64,000 bases of DNA. Source: an uncultured delta proteobacterium. Lineage in GTDB: Bacteria; Myxococcota_A; Polyangia; Polyangiales; B10-G4. The notes beneath the pieces were generated by a model. It worked only from the letters and a program-made list of their open reading frames with translations, was not told the origin of the DNA and made no database searches. The position numbers were made by a program, and so were the translations under genes. Positions 48,616-57,870 of this stretch are shown piece by piece. The stretch is from positions 1,472,001-1,536,000 of the forward strand of contig CAVSGI010000010.1 of NCBI GenBank assembly GCA_963727445.1. The letters run 5' to 3'. Position 1 is the stretch's first letter; each line of letters starts with the position of its first letter.

Positions 48616-50382
48616 ATGGAAAGAAGCGTGGGGAAAGTGTGGATCTTGGGGGTGCTGCTCGCCGTGGCGGGAGTGGGCTGCATCGAAGTCACACCGTGGC
48701 CGGGGGCAGAGGGCCCGGGCTCGGATTCGGGATCGACGATGACCGATCCCGACGCGGGCACGATGGAGCCAGAGCCCGACGCGTCCTCGGAAGTGGGCGC
48801 GGTGGGCATGTTCCTCCAGATCGGCGACGAGACGCCCTCGCAGCTCTATGAGCTCACGGTCGACGCGGACACCTACGCGGAGATCGTCGACGCCGTGGGG
48901 CACGTGCCTGACGGCTTGATCGAAGGCGAGCCTTCGCGCGAGCCGGGGACCCGGAGCGTCACGCCGGTCGTCTCGTCGGTCGCCGACAGTCGGATCTTCG
49001 AAGGGATCAGCCGGAGCGAACGCGGGGCGTCGACCGATGATCTGGGCAGGATGCGGATCCTCTTCGGTGGCGGCGTCGCCCAACCGATCGGGCTCCTTCT
49101 GCCTGCAGTACAGAAGGTTCGCGCGGCCGCCGCCCGCAGCCACACCACGCTGGACCAGGTCGACTTCGAGCTCACCTTCGAGCTGCCACTCTCGGACACC
49201 GAAGTGTCGACAATCACGTACACGGGGCTCGAGAACCAGCCCCCGCCGAGCCCGCCCCCCTTCGTCGACGTGAGCGGCGACAGCTGGGCTGCCTCACCCG
49301 AGATGAGCGACGAGCTGCGGGCGCGGCAGCTGATCGACGTGGAGACCGATTTCCGGGTCGATGGAGATCTCCGCTTCAGCCGTGCCTCGGATGGCTCCCT
49401 GCTCCTGCAGCCCTGGACCATGGACGAGCCAGACTCGGCCGACTACACGATCTGGCGGGAGACCGGCGGCCAGCGCTCACTCGTGCTGGACATCCAGGAC
49501 CGGATCGGTGGCCGTGTGCTTCACCGTTTCCGCATCCCGCGCGCCGACCTTCCGACGGACATCGACTCCGGGATGATGTCTGCGTCGATGTCCGGCTACC
49601 TGAAGATCGGGGACATCAAGGGCGAGTCCACGGACGCACGTCACGAGATCGAGCTCTTCGACACGCACTTCGTGCGGCCCCCCACGAGCACCGAGTTCGA
49701 TCTGGCGCGCCGGCAGCTCGGGCTGTTGTCCACCCGCAGCACCGCGACTCTTGTCGACAGCTGGACCACCAACCGCGACGCGACCATCCGGGCACTTCGC
49801 GCGGCGAGCGTGCAGGCCAACGATCAGGAAGGGCTCCTCTGCGTGACGATGATGCCCCTCCTCGGAGAGATGATGCTGGCGCTTCAGGCCGGTCTCGACG
49901 ACGGTTCGATCCCGGAGACGCGCGAGCTTCGACGGATCCTCGCGGATTACTACGAAGCCTACGAGCTCCTCGGTGAGCCGGAGCATCACGCGTTCATCGG
50001 CGGCGACCTCGCGTCCGCGGCGTACGACCGTCCCCTCGACGCCGCGGACGCGGAGGTGGCTTGCGGCGCCATCCCGCGCATCATGGGCGTCTGGGACGAC
50101 ACGGACATCGTCCACATCCTCGTCGACTCGGACGCGCAGGCACTCGGTGATGACGGCAGGGACCTGCTCATCGGTGGCAGCGGTCGCTACTTCGACGACC
50201 TGGTCGTGGAGCTCATCGAGCGGTTGGACCGGCTCGCCGCCGATCCCACGAGCGAGCCGGTGGCCACACCGATCGACGCTCTGCTCATCATCAATCGGGT
50301 CGGCGAGACGCTCGACCAGCACCAGTCACTGGCCGTCAGCCGTTACAGGATGTCGGACGTGCTCGTCAGCAGCTACCGCTGA
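48616..50382 (+). CDS. Hypothetical lipoprotein carrying short motifs of unrelated families (mosaic)
   Basis: GGAGG RBS; AGVGC lipobox; embedded IGLLLPAVQKVRAAAAR, YLKIGDIKGESTD, GDDGRDLLIGGSG, TPIDALLIIN, MSDVLVSSY. Confidence 0.8.
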   Translation: MERSVGKVWILGVLLAVAGVGCIEVTPWPGAEGPGSDSGSTMTDPDAGTMEPEPDASSEVGAVGMFLQIGDETPSQLYELTVDADTYAEIVDAVGHVPDGLIEGEPSREPGTRSVTPVVSSVADSRIFEGISRSERGASTDDLGRMRILFGGGVAQPIGLLLPAVQKVRAAAARSHTTLDQVDFELTFELPLSDTEVSTITYTGLENQPPPSPPPFVDVSGDSWAASPEMSDELRARQLIDVETDFRVDGDLRFSRASDGSLLLQPWTMDEPDSADYTIWRETGGQRSLVLDIQDRIGGRVLHRFRIPRADLPTDIDSGMMSASMSGYLKIGDIKGESTDARHEIELFDTHFVRPPTSTEFDLARRQLGLLSTRSTATLVDSWTTNRDATIRALRAASVQANDQEGLLCVTMMPLLGEMMLALQAGLDDGSIPETRELRRILADYYEAYELLGEPEHHAFIGGDLASAAYDRPLDAADAEVACGAIPRIMGVWDDTDIVHILVDSDAQALGDDGRDLLIGGSGRYFDDLVVELIERLDRLAADPTSEPVATPIDALLIINRVGETLDQHQSLAVSRYRMSDVLVSSYR

Positions 50383-50448
50383 AGTCCGAGCGATCGGAGC
50401 CCTCGAGGCGCCCACCGGACCCAGCCTCGTCTGACGGCGAAGCAGGTC

Positions 50449-51762
50449 TCAGCTTCGCGGCGGGATGGCAAGGCCGTGGCGCAAGAGGAGCTTCGCGACA
50501 GGTGAGTCGGGGGCGGAGGCAGCATAGCCGAAAGTCTCTTCCGGGTCGTCCGGATCGCCGCCGAAGAGGGCATAGTGCATGGCTGTCCACCCCTGGTCGT
50601 CGACCGCGTCCAGCTCCGCACCGTGTGTGAGCAGGAGCTCGAGCATCTCGAGATGTTTGCGCGAGGCGGCGACCATCGAGGGCGAGCGCCCATGGCGCTG
50701 ATGGCTCGGGTCCGCTCCGCGGTCGAGCGCGAAGCGGGCGACGTCGATGCGCTTGGCGCGGACCGCGTCGTACAGAGCGCCGTTGGGATTCGGCTCGCGG
50801 TCGAACGCCCACTGAACGCTCGCGATCGGCGCGCCGTAGAGGATGGTCCGCTCCAACATACGCTCGGTACGAGCGCGCCTTTCCCAGAGCAGATCGGCCG
50901 TCTCGGTGTGTGCCCCGCGGAGCGCTTGGAACAGGGGGTCGGACTTCCTCTTCGGGCCGCGGAGCCGCGCGCCCGCGTCGAGCAGACGGCGCACGACGGC
51001 GGTCTGCCCGGTTCGGCTCGCCGCTGACAGCGCAGTCGTGTATCCGTGCGGGTCGGCGTCGTCTGGCGACGCGCCTTCGGACAGGAAGCGCTCGACGGCG
51101 GCGAGATCGCCATCGACCGCCGCATCGATGAGGCGCACGTGGCCGTGCCCGAGCAGCAGTGGGAGGGCCTCGGGCTGCGGATGGAGCGCCACCATCCGAG
51201 CCGTCACCGCATCTTTGGGATCGACGCCCGGGTGCACCCAGTCGGCGCGAGCGCCAGCGGCGAGCAACCGCTCGGTGACCGCCAGGTTGCCCTTTCGCGC
51301 GACTGCGCTCTTCAGTGCCGGGTCGACCGCCATCTCCTCCGGCTTCTTGGCGAGGAGGAGCTCCACCAACTGAAGGTGCCCGTTGTACGCGGCAAGCGCC
51401 AGCGGGCAGAACCCGAAGGCCCCCGCCGGCCGGCGATACTCGTGCAGAAGCACCTCCGCCACCGCCAGGTGGTTGCTCTGCGCGGCGATCGAGAGCGGCA
51501 ACACACCCGCGTATATCTTCTGGTGCGCGTTGGCGCCGTGCAGGAGCAGCAGCGCCGCGAGCTCTGGGTCGTCGTCGTTGGCGGCGAGGTGCAGGCCGCG
51601 GAACTGATTCGGGACGAAACCCGGGGTCGAGAAAGGGCTTCGCGCTCGCCTCGAGCCGATGAGCACGTTCGGATTGGCGCCGAGGCGCAGGAGTCGCTCC
51701 GCCTCCTCGAGGTCATAGTCGAGGATGGCCTGCCGCAAGGCTTGGTCTTCGGCCTGGCCCAT
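50449..51762 (-). CDS. Ankyrin repeat protein
   Basis: Multiple LHLAA..D, PLALAAYNGH, TALSAA..G, GWTAMHYA and LL..GA repeats. Confidence 0.88.
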   Translation of the reverse strand: MGQAEDQALRQAILDYDLEEAERLLRLGANPNVLIGSRRARSPFSTPGFVPNQFRGLHLAANDDDPELAALLLLHGANAHQKIYAGVLPLSIAAQSNHLAVAEVLLHEYRRPAGAFGFCPLALAAYNGHLQLVELLLAKKPEEMAVDPALKSAVARKGNLAVTERLLAAGARADWVHPGVDPKDAVTARMVALHPQPEALPLLLGHGHVRLIDAAVDGDLAAVERFLSEGASPDDADPHGYTTALSAASRTGQTAVVRRLLDAGARLRGPKRKSDPLFQALRGAHTETADLLWERRARTERMLERTILYGAPIASVQWAFDREPNPNGALYDAVRAKRIDVARFALDRGADPSHQRHGRSPSMVAASRKHLEMLELLLTHGAELDAVDDQGWTAMHYALFGGDPDDPEETFGYAASAPDSPVAKLLLRHGLAIPPRS

Positions 51763-51879
51763 TGCAAGGAGCCAGGATACTCCGCCCTCGCTTCGGCGCT
51801 CGTGGCCCCGTCTCTGGGCCGGCCGAGCGCTGCTCTCGTGCTATGCCGACCGAGGAGGCCCCGGCCGCGCCTGACTCGC

Positions 51880-52962
51880 ATGAGCCAAGACAGAAGCGCC
51901 CATACGTTGCTCGAAGAGATCGCCACCGAGGTGGGCGGTGAAGTGAAGACCCTCGCGCAAAGGCCCGAAGCCGTGGTGCTCCGGCTCAGCGACGGCCGCG
52001 TGCCTCTGCTCGGGCGAGGCCTCGGGGCGACCGTGTCGGTGTGGTGTGCGAATGGCCAGAGCGCGACGTCGGCGCAGGGCCCGCTCGAGCCGCAGCGGAT
52101 CGGCGCCTGGGTTACCGCGTGGGCCCAGCAGAAGTCGGTCTCGACGGTCACCATCCTCGAGCGGATGCTCGACGCGAGGGAGACTCTCGAGGCGGCGTTC
52201 GGTGAGCCCTTTGCAGCGCGCATCACCGCGTGCCCGAAGCCGACGGAGGCGTGGCTCCACCCGCCCGTCTTCGAGGCGGCTGCGGTGGGCGTGCTCGAAG
52301 GTCGCTATCGCGTGGTCGTCGATGGCTCGACCCGTCACGTCTCCGCCGGCTCGCGCTCCGAGCTGGTCGAGGGCCGCGCGACGCTCGTAGATTTGGTGCG
52401 GTCGCAGCGCGCGAGCTACGACCGTCATCGCGCTCAAACCGACGCTCTGCGGGCCCTTGCTGATGGGCTGGTCACACGCCTCGCCGCGCGCTTCGAGGGT
52501 GCGTTCGCCGTCCACGTCGCCGGGCCGCCGGCTTCGCACATCGAGCCGTCGCGACTCAACGTCGCATACGACGGGCGGGTGATCGCAGAGCTCGACGTTC
52601 AGGGTGGTCGGTCCCACGTCGTCACCCAGCTTCGAGGAGAGACTGAGCACTCGGTGTTCGACGCCGACCTCGAAACTACGCTAGAGGCCATCGCCGCCGC
52701 GCTGCAGGCCGAGGCGACCCTCCTCACCCTCGACCGCCTCGAACCCGGCAAACGCTACCGCGTGCGCGCGTCCATCCAAGAGCTCGCCGAAGGCGTGATC
52801 GTCACCTATCGCGGGTTCGACGACATCGACAACCACTACGGCAGCCACGACTTCATGTCGGCCGAGGGCAAGCTCGTCTCGGTGAAGGGTGACTACAGCG
52901 TTCCGCACCACCACCCATTCGCCGCGACCCACCACTATCTCGAAGCGATCGAAAGCTCGTAG
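51880..52962 (+). CDS. Hypothetical protein
   Basis: ATG at 51880 within ORF 51046..52962; protein-like composition and GC3 bias from this point. Confidence 0.7.
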   Translation: MSQDRSAHTLLEEIATEVGGEVKTLAQRPEAVVLRLSDGRVPLLGRGLGATVSVWCANGQSATSAQGPLEPQRIGAWVTAWAQQKSVSTVTILERMLDARETLEAAFGEPFAARITACPKPTEAWLHPPVFEAAAVGVLEGRYRVVVDGSTRHVSAGSRSELVEGRATLVDLVRSQRASYDRHRAQTDALRALADGLVTRLAARFEGAFAVHVAGPPASHIEPSRLNVAYDGRVIAELDVQGGRSHVVTQLRGETEHSVFDADLETTLEAIAAALQAEATLLTLDRLEPGKRYRVRASIQELAEGVIVTYRGFDDIDNHYGSHDFMSAEGKLVSVKGDYSVPHHHPFAATHHYLEAIESS

Positions 52963-52979
52963 CGCTCAGCGGTCGAGTG

Positions 52980-53216
52980 CACCACGCACAGGGGACGCTA
53001 GATTGACAATTGACTTCTGCCTTCGGGACCACCACGCACAGGGGACGCTAGATTGACAATTGACTTCTGCCTTCGGGACCACCGCCCGGAAGTCAATTGT
53101 CAATCTAGCGTCCCCTCAGCACGAGTACGGCTACACGCACAGGGGACGCTAGATTGACAATTGACTTCTGCCTTCGGGACCACCGCCCGGAAGTCAATTG
53201 TCAATCTAGCGTCCCC
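52980..53216. repeat. Cluster of the same palindromic element: half copy 52991-53033, full 75-bp copies 53041-53115 and 53142-53216
   Basis: 27-bp perfect arms GGGGACGCTAGATTGACAATTGACTTC around the 21-nt loop TGCCTTCGGGACCACCGCCCG; 50-bp tandem duplication at the left end. Confidence 0.92.
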
Positions 53217-53810
53217 TCAGTGGAGCTCGCGGGTGAAGAGCTCTTCCAGGCGCTGGATGAAGTCGGCGACATCGAGGATCACTTCGGCGTCCACGGGCTC
53301 GGCGAGATGAACGCCCGTCGAGATCTGGTCGGACTCGACGCGGATGTAACTGAGCCCGAGCGAGCGCATCGTCTCGAGGATCTTGGCGTTGACGCGCAGC
53401 TCCCACCCTTCGAGGGTCGCGTTCGGATGGCCGTCGATGATCAGGCCGCCCCCCTCGGCCGGCACCACCGTGCGGCTCATGTACGGCTCCCGTGCACGGC
53501 CCGCGAGGGGCGCGCTGAGGAGGGTTGCGATCGGCGAGAGCGTCGTCGTGGACATGCGCCGCACACGAACCGTTCGGTCAGCGACGAGAACATCGGTGCG
53601 TCGATCCGTTGGCAGCGCGAAAAACCACCAGCGTGCCGAACCGTCCTCGATGAGGGAGGGCTTCGCCGCCGCCAGATCCGCCGCGAGGCGAATTGCCAAA
53701 GCATCGTCGGGCGGGGGCGGGTTCGAGACGTAGATCAGCCAGCTCATGAGAGCGGCGAAGGTGACGAAGGCGAGGACTCCCCAGATCATGGTGGTGGTGA
53801 CTCGCTTCAC
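53217..53810 (-). CDS. Hypothetical membrane-anchored protein
   Basis: N-terminal TM (IWGVLAFVTFAALMSWLIYV); stop codon abuts the repeat; start uncertain. Confidence 0.65.
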   Translation of the reverse strand: MKRVTTTMIWGVLAFVTFAALMSWLIYVSNPPPPDDALAIRLAADLAAAKPSLIEDGSARWWFFALPTDRRTDVLVADRTVRVRRMSTTTLSPIATLLSAPLAGRAREPYMSRTVVPAEGGGLIIDGHPNATLEGWELRVNAKILETMRSLGLSYIRVESDQISTGVHLAEPVDAEVILDVADFIQRLEELFTRELH

Positions 53811-53861
53811 TTTGGCACGAGTCGGCGTTTCGATCAGCTTCCCACCCGCTATCATCTACCG

Positions 53862-54167
53862 GTGGCCCCACGGACGCCCGAAACCCTCACCGAGTTCATC
53901 AAGCGCCTGACCCAGGCGATCGAAGAGGAGCGCGACGAGGTGCGTTTCGGGCAACACCACTTCAGCCACGCCATCTGCATGGAGGACGGCCGCTTCCGAG
54001 TCCGCCGTCTAGAGTCGACTCCGGAGGAGGTAGAGGCCTTCCGGAAAGAGCACGGCTACTTCATGCCGGAGAATCTGGAAGAGATCAGCAAGCCCGGAGA
54101 GCTGGTGCACGAGGCAGAGAACCTCGTCAATCTGCAGGCATGGCTGACCTCTCGCTGGCCGCTCTGA
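53862..54167 (+). CDS. Hypothetical protein
   Basis: 3' 101 codons of ORF 53154..54167 look protein-like; fills the gap. Confidence 0.6.
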   Translation: MAPRTPETLTEFIKRLTQAIEEERDEVRFGQHHFSHAICMEDGRFRVRRLESTPEEVEAFRKEHGYFMPENLEEISKPGELVHEAENLVNLQAWLTSRWPL

Positions 54168-54203
54168 CCGGCGCGCCGCGTCGCTGGTAGAATCGCGGGC
54201 GAA

Positions 54204-55046
54204 GTGTCGACCGCCGATTCGAGTTCCCGATCCCCCGGCCGCTACGATCCGACCATGCGCGTGCGTCGGATGGACTTCGCGTTCCCGCACGAGGACGCAC
54301 ACACCTGGACGCAGGACGACGCGGTATTGAAGTGTCTCCTCGGCGCCCTCTCGGTCGCGTTCCCGCCGGGCGAGCGCTTCTTCATCGAGTCCGTGCGTCA
54401 CTTCCTTCCGGGGATCGAGGACGACACGCTCCGCGCGCAGATCAAGTCCTTCATCGGCCAGGAAGCCAACCACACGAAGGAACACCTGGTCTTCAACGAG
54501 TTCCTCGAGCGCGCCGGCTTCCCCGCGAAGAAGATGGAGGCCTGGGTCACGCGCCGCATCGATCGCATCAAGTCGATGTCGCGCCCCGAGGCCAACCTCG
54601 CGCGTACCGCCGCCCTCGAGCACTTCACGGCGATCCTGGCGAGCGTCTTCCTCGAAAACCCCGAGCTCCTCGACCGGCTCACGCCCGAGGAAGCACGGCT
54701 CTGGGCGTGGCACGCGATCGAGGAGATCGAGCACCGATCCGTCGCCTTCGACGTGTTCGAACAGGCGGTGGATGACGAACGGCTCCGCATCCTCGCCATC
54801 AAGGCGGTCACCGGCATCTTCGTGACCCTCGTCTCCTTCCGGACCCTGCTCTTCATGCACGCTGCCGGCCGCCTCTTCGACACGCGCGCCGCGCTTCAAG
54901 GCTTCGACCTCCTCTGGGGACGCGCGGGGCTGCTCCGCAAGGTACTCCCCCACTACCTCGCGTATTACCGCCCGGACTTCCATCCATCGCAGTACGACAA
55001 CGAGCGCTTCGTCGAACGGGCGAAGGCGCGCTACGCGATCGAATGA
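54204..55046 (+). CDS. Predicted metal-dependent hydrolase
   Basis: LSVAFPPGERFFIESVR, FIGQEANH..EH, TAALEHFTA, WHAIEEIEHRSVAFDVF; start may be 54255. Confidence 0.9.
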   Translation: MSTADSSSRSPGRYDPTMRVRRMDFAFPHEDAHTWTQDDAVLKCLLGALSVAFPPGERFFIESVRHFLPGIEDDTLRAQIKSFIGQEANHTKEHLVFNEFLERAGFPAKKMEAWVTRRIDRIKSMSRPEANLARTAALEHFTAILASVFLENPELLDRLTPEEARLWAWHAIEEIEHRSVAFDVFEQAVDDERLRILAIKAVTGIFVTLVSFRTLLFMHAAGRLFDTRAALQGFDLLWGRAGLLRKVLPHYLAYYRPDFHPSQYDNERFVERAKARYAIE

Positions 55047-55717
55047 ACGTCGTCATCTTCGGAGCGAGCGGACTCATCGGCCAGGGTGTGCTTCTGGAAT
55101 CGCTGGACCATCACACCATCGAGCGGGTGGTGACCGTCGGCCGCCGCCCCAGCGAGATCGCGCACGACAAGCTCGAACACGTCGTTCACTCGGACTTCAT
55201 GGACCTCTCCCCCATCGCCGACCGGCTCGAGGGACTCGACGCGTGCTTCTGGTGCCTCGGCGTCTCCTCGGCGGGCATGAGCGAAGCCGACTACGCCCGC
55301 GTGACCTACGACTACACGGTCGCCGCCGGCGACCTGCTCCACGAGAAGAACCCGGACCTCTGTTTCTGTTTCGTCTCCGGCGCCGGCACCGACGACACGG
55401 AGAAGGGCCGGACCATGTGGGCGCGCGTCAAAGGCAAGGCCGAGAACTACGTGAAGCGCACCTTCGAAAAGAGCTACCTCTTCCGCCCCGGCTACATCCG
55501 GCCGATGCGCGGCGCGCGCTCGCGGACCATGCTCTATCGCGCGGCGAGTCCGCTGCTCTTCGCCGTGAACCCACTCCTCCGCGCCACCAACATGGCGACG
55601 TCGACGGTGGAGATGGGCAAGGCGATGATCGCCGCCGCGAGCGGCCTCGGCGAAAAGCAGATCCTCGACTCGAAGGACATCAATGCCCTCGCCGCGAAGC
55701 TCGACGACAGCGCCTGA
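55043..55717 (+). CDS. NAD(P)-binding epimerase/oxidoreductase (TIP30-like)
   Basis: IFGASGLIG, DACFWCLGVSS, FVSGAGTD, MWARVKG, FRPG. Confidence 0.88.
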   Translation: MNVVIFGASGLIGQGVLLESLDHHTIERVVTVGRRPSEIAHDKLEHVVHSDFMDLSPIADRLEGLDACFWCLGVSSAGMSEADYARVTYDYTVAAGDLLHEKNPDLCFCFVSGAGTDDTEKGRTMWARVKGKAENYVKRTFEKSYLFRPGYIRPMRGARSRTMLYRAASPLLFAVNPLLRATNMATSTVEMGKAMIAAASGLGEKQILDSKDINALAAKLDDSA

Positions 55718-55762
55718 GAGGCCCCACGAGTGCGCCGCGTCAACGCGTGCTAGACCTCCGAG

Positions 55763-56224
55763 GTGAGCGCGCGCGCCGAGTGGGAGAAGCACCCCAACAT
55801 CCACGGGATGGCGGGGTTCTTGCTGCACATCCACGACTCCTTCCGGCGCACCTCCGCCGAGCTCGTCACCCTCTCTGGCGCCGGGGCCGACGCCCTGCCG
55901 CGCATGCGGCGCCTGTTCAGCCCGCTCCTTCACACACTCCACCACCATCATCTGATCGAAGAGCAGTCGCTCTTTCCGCTGGTGCGCACACAGACGGGCG
56001 ACCATCCCGCGCTCCTGGTCGAGGAGCACGGCACGATGATGAGCCGCCTGGGCGAGGTCGCCGAGGCCCTGAAGAACGACGACGTGGACGAGATCGCGCG
56101 GCTCATGCGCCTCCTCGACGAGGAGCTCGTCGCGCATCTCGCGGCCGAGGAAGCGATCGCCATCCCGGTGCTCCTCGAGCTCACCCACGCGGAGGCGACG
56201 CGCCTCCTCTACGGCATCACCTGA
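55763..56224 (+). CDS. Hemerythrin-like (HHE) domain protein
   Basis: HDSFRR, LHHHHLIEEQSLFP, EEH, HLAAEE. Confidence 0.8.
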   Translation: MSARAEWEKHPNIHGMAGFLLHIHDSFRRTSAELVTLSGAGADALPRMRRLFSPLLHTLHHHHLIEEQSLFPLVRTQTGDHPALLVEEHGTMMSRLGEVAEALKNDDVDEIARLMRLLDEELVAHLAAEEAIAIPVLLELTHAEATRLLYGIT

Positions 56225-56237
56225 GAGCCAGCGGGCG

Positions 56238-57200
56238 ATGAAGGCACTCCTCGTCGGCGCGGGCGCGGTCGGTCAGGTCTACGCGCGTCATCTCGCGCTC
56301 GCCGGCGTCGACGTCTCTTTCCTCGTCAAACCCAAGCACGCGGAAGAGGCGCGCCGCGGCTTCACCATGTACCCGCTGAGGAAGCGCGACCGATACGACC
56401 CGGTGGAGCTCCGCGTGAAGCAGGTGCTCACCAGCCTGGACGAGGCCGGGGCAGCGCGGTGGGATCAGGTGTGGCTCTGCCTTCCGACGGACGCGATCGA
56501 GGCGGAGGGTTATCTGTCGTCGCTCGCCGCTGCGATCGGAGAGGCGACCCTCGTGTACCTGCAGCCAGGCGGGCACGTCCCGGCGCGAATGCGGGCGCAC
56601 TTTGCCGAGGCGCGCCTCGTCGCGGGCGCGATCGGCATGGTGTCCTACTACGCGCCTCTCGGCGACGAGGAGGTGCCAAAGCCCGGGGTGGCCTACGCCT
56701 TTCCCCTCGGCAGCAAGACGCAGTTCAGCGGCGCGCGGGCGCACGAGGCGGCGGATCCCCTTCGACGCGGCGGCTGCCCAGCCAAAGTGGTGCGCGACGC
56801 GCGGGTGATGCTCTCGAAGACCGGGGCGATCATCCAACCCTTCGTCGTCTCTCTCGAAGGCGCCGGCTGGCGCTTCGCCGCGCTGTCGAAGAGCGCCCTG
56901 TTGCCGATCGCGCTCCGCGCGATGCGCCAGACCCTGCCCATCGCGGCCGCTCTCGGTGGCTACCGTGCCCCCGCCGCCCGTTTGCTGATCCGGCCTTTCG
57001 TCGCCCGCATCGCCCTGAAGATCGCGCCGTTCCTCGCGACCTTCGACTTCGAGCGCTATCTCCAGGTGCATTTCAGCAAGGTCGGCGCGCAGACGCGCCT
57101 CCTGCTCCCGAGCTACGTCAGCGAGGGCAAGCGCCTGGGCCTGCCGGCCGACGCCGTAACGCAACTGGCCGAGGCGGTCTTCGGCGCCGGAGAGGGTTAG
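56238..57200 (+). CDS. Ketopantoate reductase (ApbA/PanE) family protein
   Basis: MKALLVGAGAVGQVYARHLALAGVDVSFLVK Rossmann start; divergent C-terminal domain. Confidence 0.75.
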   Translation: MKALLVGAGAVGQVYARHLALAGVDVSFLVKPKHAEEARRGFTMYPLRKRDRYDPVELRVKQVLTSLDEAGAARWDQVWLCLPTDAIEAEGYLSSLAAAIGEATLVYLQPGGHVPARMRAHFAEARLVAGAIGMVSYYAPLGDEEVPKPGVAYAFPLGSKTQFSGARAHEAADPLRRGGCPAKVVRDARVMLSKTGAIIQPFVVSLEGAGWRFAALSKSALLPIALRAMRQTLPIAAALGGYRAPAARLLIRPFVARIALKIAPFLATFDFERYLQVHFSKVGAQTRLLLPSYVSEGKRLGLPADAVTQLAEAVFGAGEG

Positions 57201-57234
57201 ACGCGCGCGCGGATCAGGCACTAACCTCCCGCGC

Positions 57235-57828
57235 ATGAAGCAGCTCCATCGCAACGATCTCTTCGGCTGGTCGGTCTTCGACGAGGCGCGAAACCTCGAC
57301 TTTCACGGAACGTACTGGGCGAAGCACGGCGGTGTGCTCGTCGATCCGGTGGCGATGAGCGAACACGATCGCGACCACGTGAAGTCCCTCGGCGGTGCGA
57401 CCACCATCGTCGTCACGAACTCCGACCACCTCCGCGCCGCACGCGAGCTGACCGAGGTCTTCGGCGCGTCGATCGCGGGGCCGCGCGCGGAGAAAGACGC
57501 GCGCCAGCTCGCGGGTGCGCGGCTCCTCGCCGACGGAGACGAGGTCGTGCCCGGCCTGGTGGCCATCGAGCTCCACGGCTCCAAGACCCCCGGCGAGCTC
57601 GCCCTCGTCCTCGAGGGCTCGACGCTCATCACGGGTGATCTGGTCCGGGGGCACGTCGGGGGTCGCCTCGCCATCCTGCCGGAGCCCAAGCTCCGAGACC
57701 CCGCCGCGGCCCGCGCCTCGATCGCACGCCTCGCGGAGCTCGAGGGCATCGAGGCGGTCATCGTGGGCGACGGCTGGCACGTCTTCACGGATGGCGGCAC
57801 GGCGCTCCGCGCGCTCGTCCCGCGCTGA
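57235..57828 (+). CDS. MBL-fold metallo-hydrolase
   Basis: LVDP, VTNSDHLR, GSKTPGELAL, LITGDLV, VGDGW. Confidence 0.85.
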   Translation: MKQLHRNDLFGWSVFDEARNLDFHGTYWAKHGGVLVDPVAMSEHDRDHVKSLGGATTIVVTNSDHLRAARELTEVFGASIAGPRAEKDARQLAGARLLADGDEVVPGLVAIELHGSKTPGELALVLEGSTLITGDLVRGHVGGRLAILPEPKLRDPAAARASIARLAELEGIEAVIVGDGWHVFTDGGTALRALVPR

Positions 57829-57870
57829 GGGCGGCTGGGCTCTCCCTCCCCCGAGGCTTATGCTCGCACC

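Noticed and set aside
48616..50382. A genuine hcp gene or T6SS locus
   Set aside because: Only short dispersed fragments occur in a lipoprotein; there is no contiguous Hcp domain and no other T6SS genes.
52980..53216. CRISPR array
   Set aside because: Repeats alternate in orientation, the loops are identical rather than unique spacers, and no cas genes are present.
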